Of a stretch of DNA of 64,000 bases, positions 47,191-57,693 are shown one piece after another. The notes under the pieces were generated by a model, which ran no database searches, was not told where the DNA came from, and saw only the letters and a list, made by a program, of their open reading frames with translations. How positions within the stretch are numbered: the first letter of the stretch is position 1; every line of letters starts with the position of its first letter. This DNA is from an uncultured Gemmatimonadales bacterium (lineage in GTDB: Bacteria; Gemmatimonadota; Gemmatimonadetes; Gemmatimonadales; Gemmatimonadaceae): NCBI GenBank assembly GCA_963793305.1, contig CAWBZV010000003.1, positions 800,001 through 864,000 on the forward strand. The letters run 5' to 3'. Both the position numbers and the translations under genes were made by a program.

Positions 47191-48185
47191 TGCGCGTCGG
47201 CGCCCGTCTCTTTCTCTCGCTCGTGCCCGCGATCCTGGGCGTATTTACCGTTGCTGGGCTCGCCTACTGGGGCGAATACGGGCGGCAGGCACCACATGTG
47301 CTGGTCATTACGGCGGTGATCGCGTCGGTGGCCTCACTGATCATGACTTGGATGAACACGCAATACGTGGCGAAGCGGGTGCAGAAGCTCGCGGAAGGAT
47401 CGCCCCGAGAGGGTTCTGGGGCGTTTCGCCTGCGGGACGTAGCCGACGCGGTCACCGGTCGAGCGATCTCGACGGGCGCTCGCGACGAGCTCGATCGCAT
47501 CGAGCACACGGTCGATCGGCTGTCGAGCGAGCTCGAACGGGTGCGCTCCGAGCGCAACGTGAGTCAGGCCGAGTCCAGCGAGAGGATCCGCGAATACACG
47601 AAACTGTTGGCCAATGCGACGGGCGACGCCATGAAGCAGCTCGACGAAGCGCGGCTGCCGTTGCACATCCTGCTCGATAACAAGTTCGGCGATCTCAATG
47701 AGAACCAGGAAGAGATGCTGGCCGCCGCTCGGTCGGCGGTCGAGCAGGCCGACCTCCGCCTTCGCCGGCTGCGCGAGATCGTCGACATCGATGCCGGGCG
47801 CGTGCCGCTGCGTAGGGATGCGGTTCGCACCGGAGACCTCATCACGTCGCTGCTGCCCGGGCTCAACGCCCAGGGCCAAGAGAGTGGCGTCGAGGTGACC
47901 GCCGACCTCGCGCCCGCGCTTCCCCGGGTCACCGCTGATCGCGCCAAGTTGCAGGAGGCGTGTGGCCTGTTGCTCAGTGAGCGCGTGCGCGGGCTACCGC
48001 CTGGCAGCAAGGTCGCGATCTCGGCCGAGCAGTCTGGGGACGTCGTGAAGATCGACGTGAAGCACCCTGGTGGTACGGAAGGGACCGGAGCCGACACCGC
48101 GCTCGCTCGACGCCTGATTGCGGCAATCGGCGGCACCGTCGAAGATCACGATGGTATAACCACCATCACGCTCCCGAGGAACTAA
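47190..48185 (+). CDS. Membrane histidine-kinase-like protein with degenerate catalytic boxes
   Basis: Two TM helices, coiled coil, kinase-like spacing (GDLNENQEEML, LPRVTADRAKLQ) but no canonical H, N or G1 box. Confidence 0.65.
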   Translation: MRVGARLFLSLVPAILGVFTVAGLAYWGEYGRQAPHVLVITAVIASVASLIMTWMNTQYVAKRVQKLAEGSPREGSGAFRLRDVADAVTGRAISTGARDELDRIEHTVDRLSSELERVRSERNVSQAESSERIREYTKLLANATGDAMKQLDEARLPLHILLDNKFGDLNENQEEMLAAARSAVEQADLRLRRLREIVDIDAGRVPLRRDAVRTGDLITSLLPGLNAQGQESGVEVTADLAPALPRVTADRAKLQEACGLLLSERVRGLPPGSKVAISAEQSGDVVKIDVKHPGGTEGTGADTALARRLIAAIGGTVEDHDGITTITLPRN

Positions 48186-49132
48186 TGCGCACGCTGCTTA
48201 TACTGGCGGCGGCCGCTCTAGCGGCGCCGGGCATCGTCGAATACCAGATCCCGCGCAGCGGAGCGTTCCCGCATGATCCGGCCGTCGGGAAAGACGGCAT
48301 CGTGTGGTACACGGACCAGGCGAACAGCTATATCGGCCGCCTCGACCCGGCGACGGGAAAAATCACCGACTATCCGTGTCCCACGCCAAGCTCGGGCCCG
48401 CACGGCATCACGGTTGCCTCGGACGGCAGCGTGTGGTACACCGCGAATCGTATTGGGAAAATCGGACGGCTCGACCCGGCGACAGGCAAGATTCAGGAGT
48501 TCGTGCTTCCCAAAGAAGCCGATGATCCGCACACGCTGATTGTCGTCAACGGCAGGGTGTGGTTCACCGTCCAACAGGCCGATCTCTATGGCGTCTTGGA
48601 TCCGTCGACCGGAAAGGCCACCATCTGGCCCGTGCCAGTGAAAAAAGCGTTGCCCTATGGCATCGCCGCCTCTCCCGATGGCCACCTCTGGATTGCCTTG
48701 TTTGGGACCAACCAACTCGGTCGCGTCACGCCATCGAATGGCGAGATGAAGTTGTACCCACTACCGGAAGCCAACACCCGCCCGCGCCGGATCGTCGTCG
48801 ACGGCACTGGCCAGGTCTGGTACACCGACTACTCGCAGGGCTATCTGGGCATGTTGGACCCGAAGACCGGCCAGACCAAACAATGGCCGGCGCCAGACGG
48901 GAAGGGGGCGGGCCCCTATGGTATCGCGATCGGCCCGGACGGGAAGATCTGGTATGACGAGTCGGGGTCGAGTCGCATCGTCTCGTTCGACCCGAAGACG
49001 GGACAGTCCACGACAGTGGACATCCCCACCAAAGGGGCCATCGTGCGCAATATGGAAACGGATTCGACCCGTGGCCGACTGTGGCTAGCGCTCTCCGGCA
49101 CGGGCCGAATCGGGCGCATCGATTTACGTTGA
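48185..49132 (+). CDS. Virginiamycin B lyase (Vgb)-like secreted beta-propeller
   Basis: Repeats P(H/Y)GI..DG.VWYT..IGRLDP.TG. Confidence 0.85.
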   Translation: MRTLLILAAAALAAPGIVEYQIPRSGAFPHDPAVGKDGIVWYTDQANSYIGRLDPATGKITDYPCPTPSSGPHGITVASDGSVWYTANRIGKIGRLDPATGKIQEFVLPKEADDPHTLIVVNGRVWFTVQQADLYGVLDPSTGKATIWPVPVKKALPYGIAASPDGHLWIALFGTNQLGRVTPSNGEMKLYPLPEANTRPRRIVVDGTGQVWYTDYSQGYLGMLDPKTGQTKQWPAPDGKGAGPYGIAIGPDGKIWYDESGSSRIVSFDPKTGQSTTVDIPTKGAIVRNMETDSTRGRLWLALSGTGRIGRIDLR

Positions 49133-49137
49133 GGGCC

Positions 49138-50193
49138 ATGTATTCACGGTTCTGCGCCGCGCTTCGCGGCGGCTCGAACGCTTCGAGGCAGTGCTTCGCC
49201 CTGCTCGAAGCTGGTCGGTTGGACAGCGCTCGACTGCGTCGAGCTTTGGCTCTGGCGGCCGCCGCCGCGACCGCGGTCATTGTCGGCGCGACTTCGGGCT
49301 GTCTCGGCAACACCACCGTTGCCGCTCCGCCGCCGGCGGACACCGTCTGCGCCCGCGGCGCGCTCAAGGTCGGCGATAGCATCGTCAACATATTCGACGC
49401 CGCCAACGGCTGTCGCACGGTCGATCTCTACTCGGCCGAGACCACGTTCGCCAACGCGTATACGGTGGCGCTCACGTCGGGGTCGGGCTATCTCATCACG
49501 ATGGGCACGACGGACTCGAACCCGTACCTGCGTTCGTCGCTCGAGCTCGTGAACACGAAGAAGCGGTTGATCGCCTACGACACGTACTATTTCCCACAGG
49601 AAGCGGCGCTGACGTTCGTGGCGGACAGCACGATCAACTGGACGGTGAGGGCCGCGACCCTGGACACGCTCGCCGGCGATCTCGGGCAGTATTTCATCAA
49701 GATGCAGTCGTGCAAGGTGCCCGTTGCGTTGCTGGTCAACTCGACGGACTCGGCGACGCACTCGGACAGCCTCACGAAATCAGACTGCAAAATGCCGATG
49801 GGCGACTTCAATCCCGTCGACAGCTCGCGCGTGCATCTCTACTCGATGCATCTGGACGCGGGCCAGTCGCGCACGCTGACCTACAGCTCCACGGTGCCGA
49901 TGGTGATTCTGATCGGCCCAACGTACGACACGTTCGCGTCGCTCCTGGGATCGCGCGGCGCCGATAGCCTCGACTCCCAGAGCGGCTCGCTGGAGTTCTT
50001 CCCGGACTCGACCGCCGACTATACGGTCGTCGTCGGCACCTTTGCTTATTCTACGACGAGCGTGCCGTACACGCTGACCATCGGCGCGGAGCACGCGCCA
50101 TCGGTGCAACGAGTGCTCCCCCGGCATCGTATTACCGAGCATGAGACCCATTTGTCTGTCGGCACTCGCCCTCGCTGCTGCAGCGTGCGGTAG
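49138..50193 (+). CDS. Putative lipoprotein, paralog A
   Basis: Lipobox-like TSGC, Thr/Ser-rich beta domains; start uncertain. Confidence 0.65.
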   Translation: MYSRFCAALRGGSNASRQCFALLEAGRLDSARLRRALALAAAAATAVIVGATSGCLGNTTVAAPPPADTVCARGALKVGDSIVNIFDAANGCRTVDLYSAETTFANAYTVALTSGSGYLITMGTTDSNPYLRSSLELVNTKKRLIAYDTYYFPQEAALTFVADSTINWTVRAATLDTLAGDLGQYFIKMQSCKVPVALLVNSTDSATHSDSLTKSDCKMPMGDFNPVDSSRVHLYSMHLDAGQSRTLTYSSTVPMVILIGPTYDTFASLLGSRGADSLDSQSGSLEFFPDSTADYTVVVGTFAYSTTSVPYTLTIGAEHAPSVQRVLPRHRITEHETHLSVGTRPRCCSVR

Positions 50194-51088
50194 CGACAAC
50201 ACCCCCACATCCGCCAATTCGGCGGCGAAAAGCGTCGCCTGCGCCACGGGATCCCTCTCCGTTGGCGCGATGCACAATGGGGATCTCGACTCGGCGTCGA
50301 CCTGCAAGCGAGCCAGTGCCGTCTCGGGCGATTCGACGCTGACGGCGTTCTATACGCTGAGCGTCCAGTCGGGCCATGGCTATCTGTTGGCAATGGCCGG
50401 ACAATCTCTGCACAGCGTGATGGCATTGGTCTCGCCGGGCGACACGTTGCGGGCGTTGAGCCCCGTGTATGCCGGCCCGTTCCCGATCGCGCGGATGCTG
50501 ATCGCGAGCGAGGTGACCGAGACGGACACGGTGCGCGCGACGACGTTCGATACGCTGGCGAGCGACACGGGCGCGTACACGCTCACGACGCAGGCGTGCA
50601 AGGCGCCGGTGCCGCCCCTCATGCAGCCCACGGACTCGATCACGCATACCGACACCATCAGCGTCGGCGGCGACTGCCCGGTGCTCCTGTCGGACTTCGT
50701 GAACAACGCGAATGGCGAACAGGTCTTCGTGCACCTGTACTCGCTGCACTTTTCAGAGCGGGGTGTGTTCCGTCAGGTGACGGTCGACGCCTCGAGCCCG
50801 GTCTGGCTGCTCATGGGCGGACCGGAAGACGACGCGTTCGGGGCGATCGCCGGACAGAGCACCGTCTCGTCGATCGACACGGCCACGACGCACACGATCA
50901 ACGATTTCGGTACGGGTCAGGGGCACTACACGTTCATCGTGGCGGCGACCGCGCCGGCGTCCTACACGCTGACGATCGGGACCGAGCAGCCCTTCTCGAG
51001 CGTTACTCGGTTTTCCAGAAGTCGATCCCGCCCGCTTGTGGTCCAACATCAATCGACGCCACCTTCTGTAGTGCGTCGAGGTCGATGA
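50141..51088 (+). CDS. Putative lipoprotein, paralog B
   Basis: Lipobox AAAC; shares ATTxDTLAxDxGxY, CKxPV and VHLYSxH with the previous gene. Confidence 0.7.
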   Translation: MRPICLSALALAAAACGSDNTPTSANSAAKSVACATGSLSVGAMHNGDLDSASTCKRASAVSGDSTLTAFYTLSVQSGHGYLLAMAGQSLHSVMALVSPGDTLRALSPVYAGPFPIARMLIASEVTETDTVRATTFDTLASDTGAYTLTTQACKAPVPPLMQPTDSITHTDTISVGGDCPVLLSDFVNNANGEQVFVHLYSLHFSERGVFRQVTVDASSPVWLLMGGPEDDAFGAIAGQSTVSSIDTATTHTINDFGTGQGHYTFIVAATAPASYTLTIGTEQPFSSVTRFSRSRSRPLVVQHQSTPPSVVRRGR

Positions 51089-52076
51089 CGTCGACCGTGC
51101 CGGGTTGGGAGCCGATGCCTTCGTCGGTGACGAACGCGTAGCGATCATCGGGCGTCACGGCGACGCCGCTCGTGACCTTGCGCGTGGTCGGGATGCGGGC
51201 GAGCTCTTTCCCACTCGCCACGTCGACGATCGACACCGATTGCCCGCGTTTGTTGGTGCCGACGAGCAGCTTGCCGTTGTGGGTGACGGCGAGATTGTAG
51301 ACGCCTTCCCCAAACGGGATGCGGCGGGTCATCGTCCACCTCTTGACGTCGATCTCGACGACATCGTTCGTCTTGTTGCAAGCGACCCAGACCTTGGTGC
51401 CATCGGGCGACGGTTGCGCCCACGTTGGCAAACATGTCGGGACTGACATCTGCGCGGGTCGTGACGTCACGCCATGCTCGGCGCCGGTCGCCACACTAAA
51501 CCACCGGGCAACCTTCAAATTGCGCGCATCGATCTCGACGAGCATGTCGTCCATCATGCACGCCGAGTAGTGCCGGGTCCCGCTGGCATTCAACCGCGAC
51601 CCATGGGGCATGGTACACGTGGGGATCCGTGCGATCTCGGTGAGCCCATCGGTATACACGACGGACACCGATGACGTGATCATGTCGCCGTACAAATTGA
51701 AATTCACGACGTAGACATAGGCGCCGTCGGGCGTGACCTGCAGGGTGGCGGGGAAGAGGCCGAGCTCGACCCGACCGACGAGCGTGTCGCCTTTCGTCGT
51801 GTATTTCCAGAGCGACCCTTCCGGAGTTCCGTGGGCGGTGGAGACGTAGTAATAGCGTCCGTCGGGCGAGACGCCGAGGCCGTGCGGCCCGACGGGCTCG
51901 GTGGGATTGAACCCCATCTTGATCTGATGGTCGACTTTGGCGCCATTCGGCCCAAATCGCACCAGCGCGATGTGGTCGTTGCCTTCGGAGCCGACGAAGA
52001 AGAGATAGTCGACCTTGGGCGGCTCGATCGGTTTTTGCAGTACAACGACGGCCAGCAGCAGCGTCAATGCTCTCAT
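51003..52076 (-). CDS. YncE/YVTN-type beta-propeller protein
   Basis: PHGLGVSPDGRYYYVS, VTPDGAYVYV, VAVTPDDRYAFV repeats. Confidence 0.85.
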   Translation of the reverse strand: MRALTLLLAVVVLQKPIEPPKVDYLFFVGSEGNDHIALVRFGPNGAKVDHQIKMGFNPTEPVGPHGLGVSPDGRYYYVSTAHGTPEGSLWKYTTKGDTLVGRVELGLFPATLQVTPDGAYVYVVNFNLYGDMITSSVSVVYTDGLTEIARIPTCTMPHGSRLNASGTRHYSACMMDDMLVEIDARNLKVARWFSVATGAEHGVTSRPAQMSVPTCLPTWAQPSPDGTKVWVACNKTNDVVEIDVKRWTMTRRIPFGEGVYNLAVTHNGKLLVGTNKRGQSVSIVDVASGKELARIPTTRKVTSGVAVTPDDRYAFVTDEGIGSQPGTVDVIDLDALQKVASIDVGPQAGGIDFWKTE

Positions 52077-54073
52077 GGGATGATCGGCGGTTTCGGGTCG
52101 ATGCGAACGATCCAGAGGCCGTTGTTGAAGTCATTCACGTACGCCAGGCCGTCCTTTGGATTGACGACGACACCCCAGGCCTGGGCGGCATTCTTTACAA
52201 ACCCGTCCATGTCCGCGGTATTGAGCGACGCGATCTCGCGGCCTTGCGCCCGGAGGTCGCCTTTGAGCTCGCCGGAAATGTCGAACACGTGGAATCCGGC
52301 GTCGTAGGCGCCGAGGTACAACGTATCGGCGACGACCCAGACGTTGTGCACGCCGCCTTGCTCGGGTGTGTACCAGGCGACCGAGCGGGGATGCTCGATG
52401 TCGCTCACGTCGACGACCTGCAGCGTGCCGTACATGCGGTCGGCCGAGGCGTCTTTGGCGCCCTTGATCTCGCCGTTGCGATAGACCTCGTCGGCGATGA
52501 ACACGTACTGGTTGTGGCGCCAGGCGGTGTGCGTGCCGCGCGTGAACCCCGATGCCGATGCCGCCTCGACATCCCGGTACAGCGAATCCAGGTCGTACTT
52601 GAACTGGGAGACCATCACCGGGTGCGACGGACTGCCTCCCTTGATCCCGTTGCCGATGTCGAGAATCACCAGGCCATCGTTCCAGTAGCTGGCGTACAAA
52701 AGGCCGTCGCGCACGTCGATATCGTGCACGTAGCGGGCGGCATCGGGTCTGTTCGTACGAAACTCGCCGACTTTCTTGGGATGATACGGGTCATTGAGAT
52801 CGATAATGTCGATCGCGCCCGTGCCGTCGTTCGTGATGTAGTCGTGCGTTCCGTACTTGTCCTGCTTGTAGATGTAATTCGAGTGCACGCCCGCGGTCAC
52901 GCCGTCGGTGAACTCGGCGATCTTCTTTGGGTGCAGGGGGTCTTCGACCGACGCGATGACGATCCCGTTCTTGCGATCGGACGCGCTCTCGCGCGTGAAC
53001 GACATGTACTTGCCGTCCGGCGTCGTCATGATATCGTTGACCAGGCGCGTGTTGGCCTGGATCGAGTCGACGATCGTGGGATTGGCCGGGTTGCTGATGT
53101 CGATCGCGTACAGCCTATCGCCGCCGCCGTGCGTGCCCAGATACGCTACTGTGCCGTTCGGGTGAATCCATATTTCCGATGTGGGGAAGGCTGTCCGTCC
53201 GAGTCGTCCCACGACGGTGACCCCGCGCCGCACATCCCGCGCTTGGGCATGTATGACGGTACTCGCCGTGATCGTCCCCAGTGACGCGGTGACCAGATAG
53301 TCGCCGGGGTTGTAGGCGACGAAGCTCCCGTCTTGGTCGAGCTGCCCATTTCCCGGTGCAAAGACCCAGGTTGGCGTCAGTCCGTCGATAGTGCCGCCAG
53401 CCGCATTCTTGGCGGTCACGGCGAACTTGACGACATCGCCTTGGCGGACCGTCGTGTTCGTGGGTGTCAGCGTGAGCGAAGCGATCTTCGTTCCGAGAAC
53501 GTTGACGGAGGCTTTGGCGGTCGCCGAGCCGGTGGTCAGCGTGATGTCGGCCTTGCCGGGCGCGACGGCCGTAACAAATCCCGCTCCATCGACCGTGACG
53601 ACGCTGGGTGCGCTCGACGACCAACTCATGGGGTCCCGCGAGCGATCGTTCGCGGCGGAGAAGGCGATCGCGTCGAGTTGCAGTTGCTGTCCCGGCACGA
53701 GCGTGCCGAGGTGCGTTCTGATTTCGGCCCGCACGGCTTTGCCGGGCACGACATGAAATTCGATCGGCTGAATGACGGGCTTCGTGCCGGGCACCAGCGC
53801 CACCACATTCAGCGGGATCTTGCCCACCGAGCTCGCGACGATCATTCCGGCCGAATCAATGCGACCTTCGTTCGTTCCACCGCGCATCGTGTAACGAACG
53901 ATCGCGTTCGTGACGGGCTTGCCACTCGCATCAAGCGCCCTCACGCTGATGCGAACCGAGTCACCAGCCGTGATCTCCCTGGTCGGCGGCGTAACGATCA
54001 CGCGAGCGATGGGAGACGCCGGAAGGCCCGGCGTCTGCTGCAGAACGAGCGACACTAAGAGCGCGACGTGCAC
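52073..54073 (-). CDS. Secreted Ig-like domain plus LVIVD-repeat protein
   Basis: WSSSAPSVVTVD..G.VTAV..G (Big_2-like); GLVILDI, LQVVDVSD, FHVFDIS repeats. Confidence 0.8.
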   Translation of the reverse strand: MHVALLVSLVLQQTPGLPASPIARVIVTPPTREITAGDSVRISVRALDASGKPVTNAIVRYTMRGGTNEGRIDSAGMIVASSVGKIPLNVVALVPGTKPVIQPIEFHVVPGKAVRAEIRTHLGTLVPGQQLQLDAIAFSAANDRSRDPMSWSSSAPSVVTVDGAGFVTAVAPGKADITLTTGSATAKASVNVLGTKIASLTLTPTNTTVRQGDVVKFAVTAKNAAGGTIDGLTPTWVFAPGNGQLDQDGSFVAYNPGDYLVTASLGTITASTVIHAQARDVRRGVTVVGRLGRTAFPTSEIWIHPNGTVAYLGTHGGGDRLYAIDISNPANPTIVDSIQANTRLVNDIMTTPDGKYMSFTRESASDRKNGIVIASVEDPLHPKKIAEFTDGVTAGVHSNYIYKQDKYGTHDYITNDGTGAIDIIDLNDPYHPKKVGEFRTNRPDAARYVHDIDVRDGLLYASYWNDGLVILDIGNGIKGGSPSHPVMVSQFKYDLDSLYRDVEAASASGFTRGTHTAWRHNQYVFIADEVYRNGEIKGAKDASADRMYGTLQVVDVSDIEHPRSVAWYTPEQGGVHNVWVVADTLYLGAYDAGFHVFDISGELKGDLRAQGREIASLNTADMDGFVKNAAQAWGVVVNPKDGLAYVNDFNNGLWIVRIDPKPPIIP

Positions 54074-54239
54074 GAGGAGTTTCGCCCCGGAAAAAGTCGC
54101 TACTGACTACCACCGTGTCAGGCCGAGCGCAACTGTTTTGGGATGAGTGCCCGATCGCCCACGCCGCCCGATCGTCCACGCGCCCGAATTATCAACTAGT
54201 CGACTAGTAGCGTCGGCGACGAGCGCGAAGCGCGAGGAG

Positions 54240-55004
54240 TTAGTACCCGGGCCGCACGAGGATCGAATCGCCGACGCGGATCCGGTTGGACGCCAGGTGA
54301 TTCCACCGCTTCAACGAGTCGACGGGAACGTGATACTCCGTCGCAAGCGTGGCGAGCGCGTCGCCGCGCTTGACGCGATGGTACTGCGGCGCCCGCGCCA
54401 GCTGCGCCGCCTCCTCCTGCTGCTCGATGACCTTCGCGGCAGCAGCCCGCGCTGCGCTCTGCCACCGTGCCACCCCAGTCATGAGCAGCTCCGCCGCCTC
54501 CCGATCGCGCGGCAAGATGGCAAACCGCTCCCGCGTCCCCGGCGCCCGCAGCGCGATGCTGTGTATCCCGCTCACGGGCGACCGACTATCCCTCAACACG
54601 ATGGAGTCGAGCCAAAACCCGTACAGCTCGGTCGCCGGCGTCTCCCCGTCCGCCGCCGGCGGCGGTAGCAACGATGGCACGAGCCCGACGAAGATGAGCC
54701 GTCGATCGGTGACGGCGAGCATGCCCGGTGTAGCCTTCGGCGACCACCAGACGTGCCGAGACACCGGCACGGTGTACAGCGCCCTTTCCCCAGAGCGCCG
54801 TAGCTCGTCTCTCAAATGCTGGGCGACCGCGGGTGGGGGCGCATCGGGCGGCCGCTCGAGCACATAGAGCGCGTACCCAATCACTTCTCTCGCCCCGACA
54901 ATGGCGAGAATGACGAACGCCACCTTCGCCAACCGGCGCGCCGTCAGTCGCTGAATAATGTGCCCGGATTCAACCAGGGCATGACGAACACTGAGTTGCA
55001 CCAT
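54240..55004 (-). CDS. LysM-domain membrane protein
   Basis: One TM helix; C-terminal YHRVKRGDALATLATEYHVPVDSLKRWNHLASNRIRVGDSI; start uncertain. Confidence 0.85.
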   Translation of the reverse strand: MVQLSVRHALVESGHIIQRLTARRLAKVAFVILAIVGAREVIGYALYVLERPPDAPPPAVAQHLRDELRRSGERALYTVPVSRHVWWSPKATPGMLAVTDRRLIFVGLVPSLLPPPAADGETPATELYGFWLDSIVLRDSRSPVSGIHSIALRAPGTRERFAILPRDREAAELLMTGVARWQSAARAAAAKVIEQQEEAAQLARAPQYHRVKRGDALATLATEYHVPVDSLKRWNHLASNRIRVGDSILVRPGY

Positions 55005-55017
55005 GAAATTTACCCCA

Positions 55018-56542
55018 ATGACCGCGGAACGCGCCGCCATGCGCGTGGTGCAGGCCGGCGCGATCGCCGTCGTCCTCGCCGCGCTGCCGTACAAGACATT
55101 TGACCTCGATCGCTACTTCGTGCCGAAGGAGCTCGTCCTCGGCCTGACCGCGACCGCCGCCGCGCTTCTCTTGCTCGCGCACCGGGACGCGCACAAACCG
55201 GCAGTCAGTCGCGTCGATGTCCTGCTGTTCGTCTTCCTAGGTCTAAGCGCCGTATCGTCTTGGTTCGCGCAGAACGGCTGGCTCGCCTGGCGCGCCCTGG
55301 CCTTAAGCCTGGCCGGAATCCTGATTTTCTGGACCACCCGCGGCCTCTCCCGCGCTGGCCTGGGCCACCAGGTCCTCGGCGCAATAGCCCTCGCCGTCGT
55401 GGTCGCCGCCGGCACGTCCCTGTTTCAGGCCTATGGCGGCCACGGCGACCTCCTGAGCTTGAACCGCGCTCCCGGCGGCACGCTCGGCAACCGGAACTTC
55501 GTAGCCCACCTGGCCGCGATCGGCCTCCCGGTGCTCGTGCTGATCATCCTCGACACCCGCCGGTTCGTCGCATTTCTCGCCGGCACCGTCGGCTTAGGTC
55601 TAGTCGTCTGGGCCCTGATCCTCTCGCGCTCCCGAGCGGCCTGGCTCGCCGCCGGCCTGTGTGCGCTTCTGGCGCTGATCGCGGCCTGGCGTTCCGGCTA
55701 CCGTCCACCGATCGGCCGAGCGGTGATCCTCGTCGGCGCCGCCGCAGCCGGCATACTCGCGGCGTTAGTGCTGCCGAACACGCTCCACTGGAAGAGCCGC
55801 AACCCGTACCTGGAATCGGCCGTCGGCGTCGCCGACTACCGCGACGGCAGCGGCCATGGTCGCATCGTGCAGTACTCGACGACCACCAAGATCGCCCTCG
55901 CCCACCCGATCCTGGGCGTCGGCCCGGGCAACTGGCCCGTCGTCTACCCAAAGTACGCCGCGCCAAACGATCCATCGCTCGACAGCGACGACGGCATGAC
56001 CGCGAACCCGTGGCCCTCCAGCGACTGGGCCGCGTACTTGTCCGAGCGCGGGTTAGTGGCCACGCTCTTCCTGGCCTTAGGGCTCATCACGCTCGCCGCC
56101 ACCGGCGCGCCGTTGACACTCATCGCGACGGTCCTCGCGGTGTTCACCGTCGGCGCCTTCGACGCGGTATTGTTGTTACCCGCGCCCACTCTGTTGGTCT
56201 GGGCCACCCTCGGCGCCCTCACGCCTCAAGCCAAGCCCAGGCCTCCGCATTCCAATCCCCCGAATCCTGGCCGCCGTCGTGATCTTCGTCCTCGGTGCCG
56301 CCTCAATCCTGCGCAGCACCCAGGAGGCCGTCGCCATGGCGATCGCCAACGACGAGACCTCGGCCGGCCCCCTCGAAATCGCCGCCCGCGTCGACCCAGG
56401 CTCCTATCGCATCCAAGTCCGCGTCGCCGAGGCCGAGGAGCGCCGCGGCCACTGCGGCGCGGTGATCACGCACGCCACCGCGGCGCGGAAGCTCTTCCCC
56501 TCGGCTCCAGCGCCCCGGCACTTACTCTCGCGTTGTCGCTGA
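55018..56542 (+). CDS. O-antigen ligase family membrane protein, frameshifted near 56243
   Basis: GTLGNRN, SRSRAAWL, HPILGVGPGNW, many TM helices; C-terminus continues in ORF 56279-56542. Confidence 0.8.
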
Positions 56543-56548
56543 TCGGCA

Positions 56549-56631
56549 ATTTACAAGAGCACCGTTAGTTTTACGTCATGTAAAACTTTAGATATTTTGC
56601 AGATCGTTAAAACAACGATTACTTTGTAAAT
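56549..56631 (+). promoter_or_regulatory. AT-rich promoter/operator with inverted repeats upstream of the TA pair
   Basis: AGTTTTAC-N5-GTAAAACT (56567-56587), ATCGTT-N5-AACGAT (56603-56619), ATTTACAA/TTGTAAAT at the ends. Confidence 0.6.
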
Positions 56632-57693
56632 ATGCCCGACACCCGGTCGTCTCAGCTGGAGCGGCGTGCGCTCGCGCTCGTGCGCGACGCCGTGCCCACA
56701 TCCGTCGAGGTGATCGGCACTCCGACCGAGACCGACACCGGTGCCGATGCCCGCGTGACGCTACCAGATGGCGGGACCGCATTGTTGGAGTTCAAGCGAT
56801 GGCCTGGTCCGGACGCGCACAAGCGGCGATCCCGCGAAGACGAGCGCTCGCCTACACTCGTATGGGTCACGCCGCGAGCGTCCGCCGACCAACGGCGGCA
56901 ATGGCGCGATCGCGACGAGAGCTTCGTGGATCTGAGCGGCGCGGTCCGCCTCGCGCTCCCCGGTCTGATCATCGACCGGACAGATCTCACGGGCAAGCAG
57001 TCCGCGTCGGATCGCATCACGTTCAGCCGAAACCCGTTCTCGGACCGCGCCTCACTGGTCGTCCGCGCGATGCTCGAAGCACCGCGTAAGCCTTGGAGTA
57101 CGACCGCGCTCGCCACAGCAGCCGGTGTGTCTGTCCCTACCGTTTCACTCGTGACGGAAGGGCTGCGGCGATTAGAGCTCCTGTCATCGCCGCCCGGGCA
57201 ACGCGGCGCGATGACGCTCGACGACCCGGCGGCCGTCATCGCGCAGTGGTCTCGGCGCTATGACTGGCGACGGAATGCAAGCGTTGCGCTCGCTGCACCC
57301 ATCGGGAGTGCGGAGGGTTTCTTTGGACAACTTGCGACGACGTTGGGGCCAGCGAAGCGTAGGCGGTGGGCTCTGACGCTTCAGGCGGGAGCATCGTTCG
57401 TCGCTCGGCACGCGGATTGGGACATCATTCACGCGTACGTGGATGTGGAGTCGGTCGACCAGCTGATCGAAATCGGGTTGAAGGCGGGATGGCCGCCCTC
57501 GCCGACCGGCAGACTCGTGCTGATGCAGCCGTGGTATCACGCGTCTGTCTGGTATCATGCCCAAGCGTACATCAAAGCGCTACGCGAATTTCCCGTAGTG
57601 AGTCCCGCGCAGCTCGTGCTCGATCTGTGGCATTATCCCGTACGTGGCTTGGAGCAAGCGGAACTCATCATGAAGCGCGCAGGATGGATATGA
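56632..57693 (+). CDS. Type IV TA antitoxin, AbiEi-like
   Basis: SFVDLSGAVRL, central wHTH, WALTLQAGA, PVVSPAQLVLDL..RGLEQAE. Confidence 0.78.
   Translation: MPDTRSSQLERRALALVRDAVPTSVEVIGTPTETDTGADARVTLPDGGTALLEFKRWPGPDAHKRRSREDERSPTLVWVTPRASADQRRQWRDRDESFVDLSGAVRLALPGLIIDRTDLTGKQSASDRITFSRNPFSDRASLVVRAMLEAPRKPWSTTALATAAGVSVPTVSLVTEGLRRLELLSSPPGQRGAMTLDDPAAVIAQWSRRYDWRRNASVALAAPIGSAEGFFGQLATTLGPAKRRRWALTLQAGASFVARHADWDIIHAYVDVESVDQLIEIGLKAGWPPSPTGRLVLMQPWYHASVWYHAQAYIKALREFPVVSPAQLVLDLWHYPVRGLEQAELIMKRAGWI

Noticed and set aside
48185..49132. True streptogramin resistance gene
   Set aside because: Signal peptide and generic propeller repeats; the Vgb-like fold alone does not show resistance
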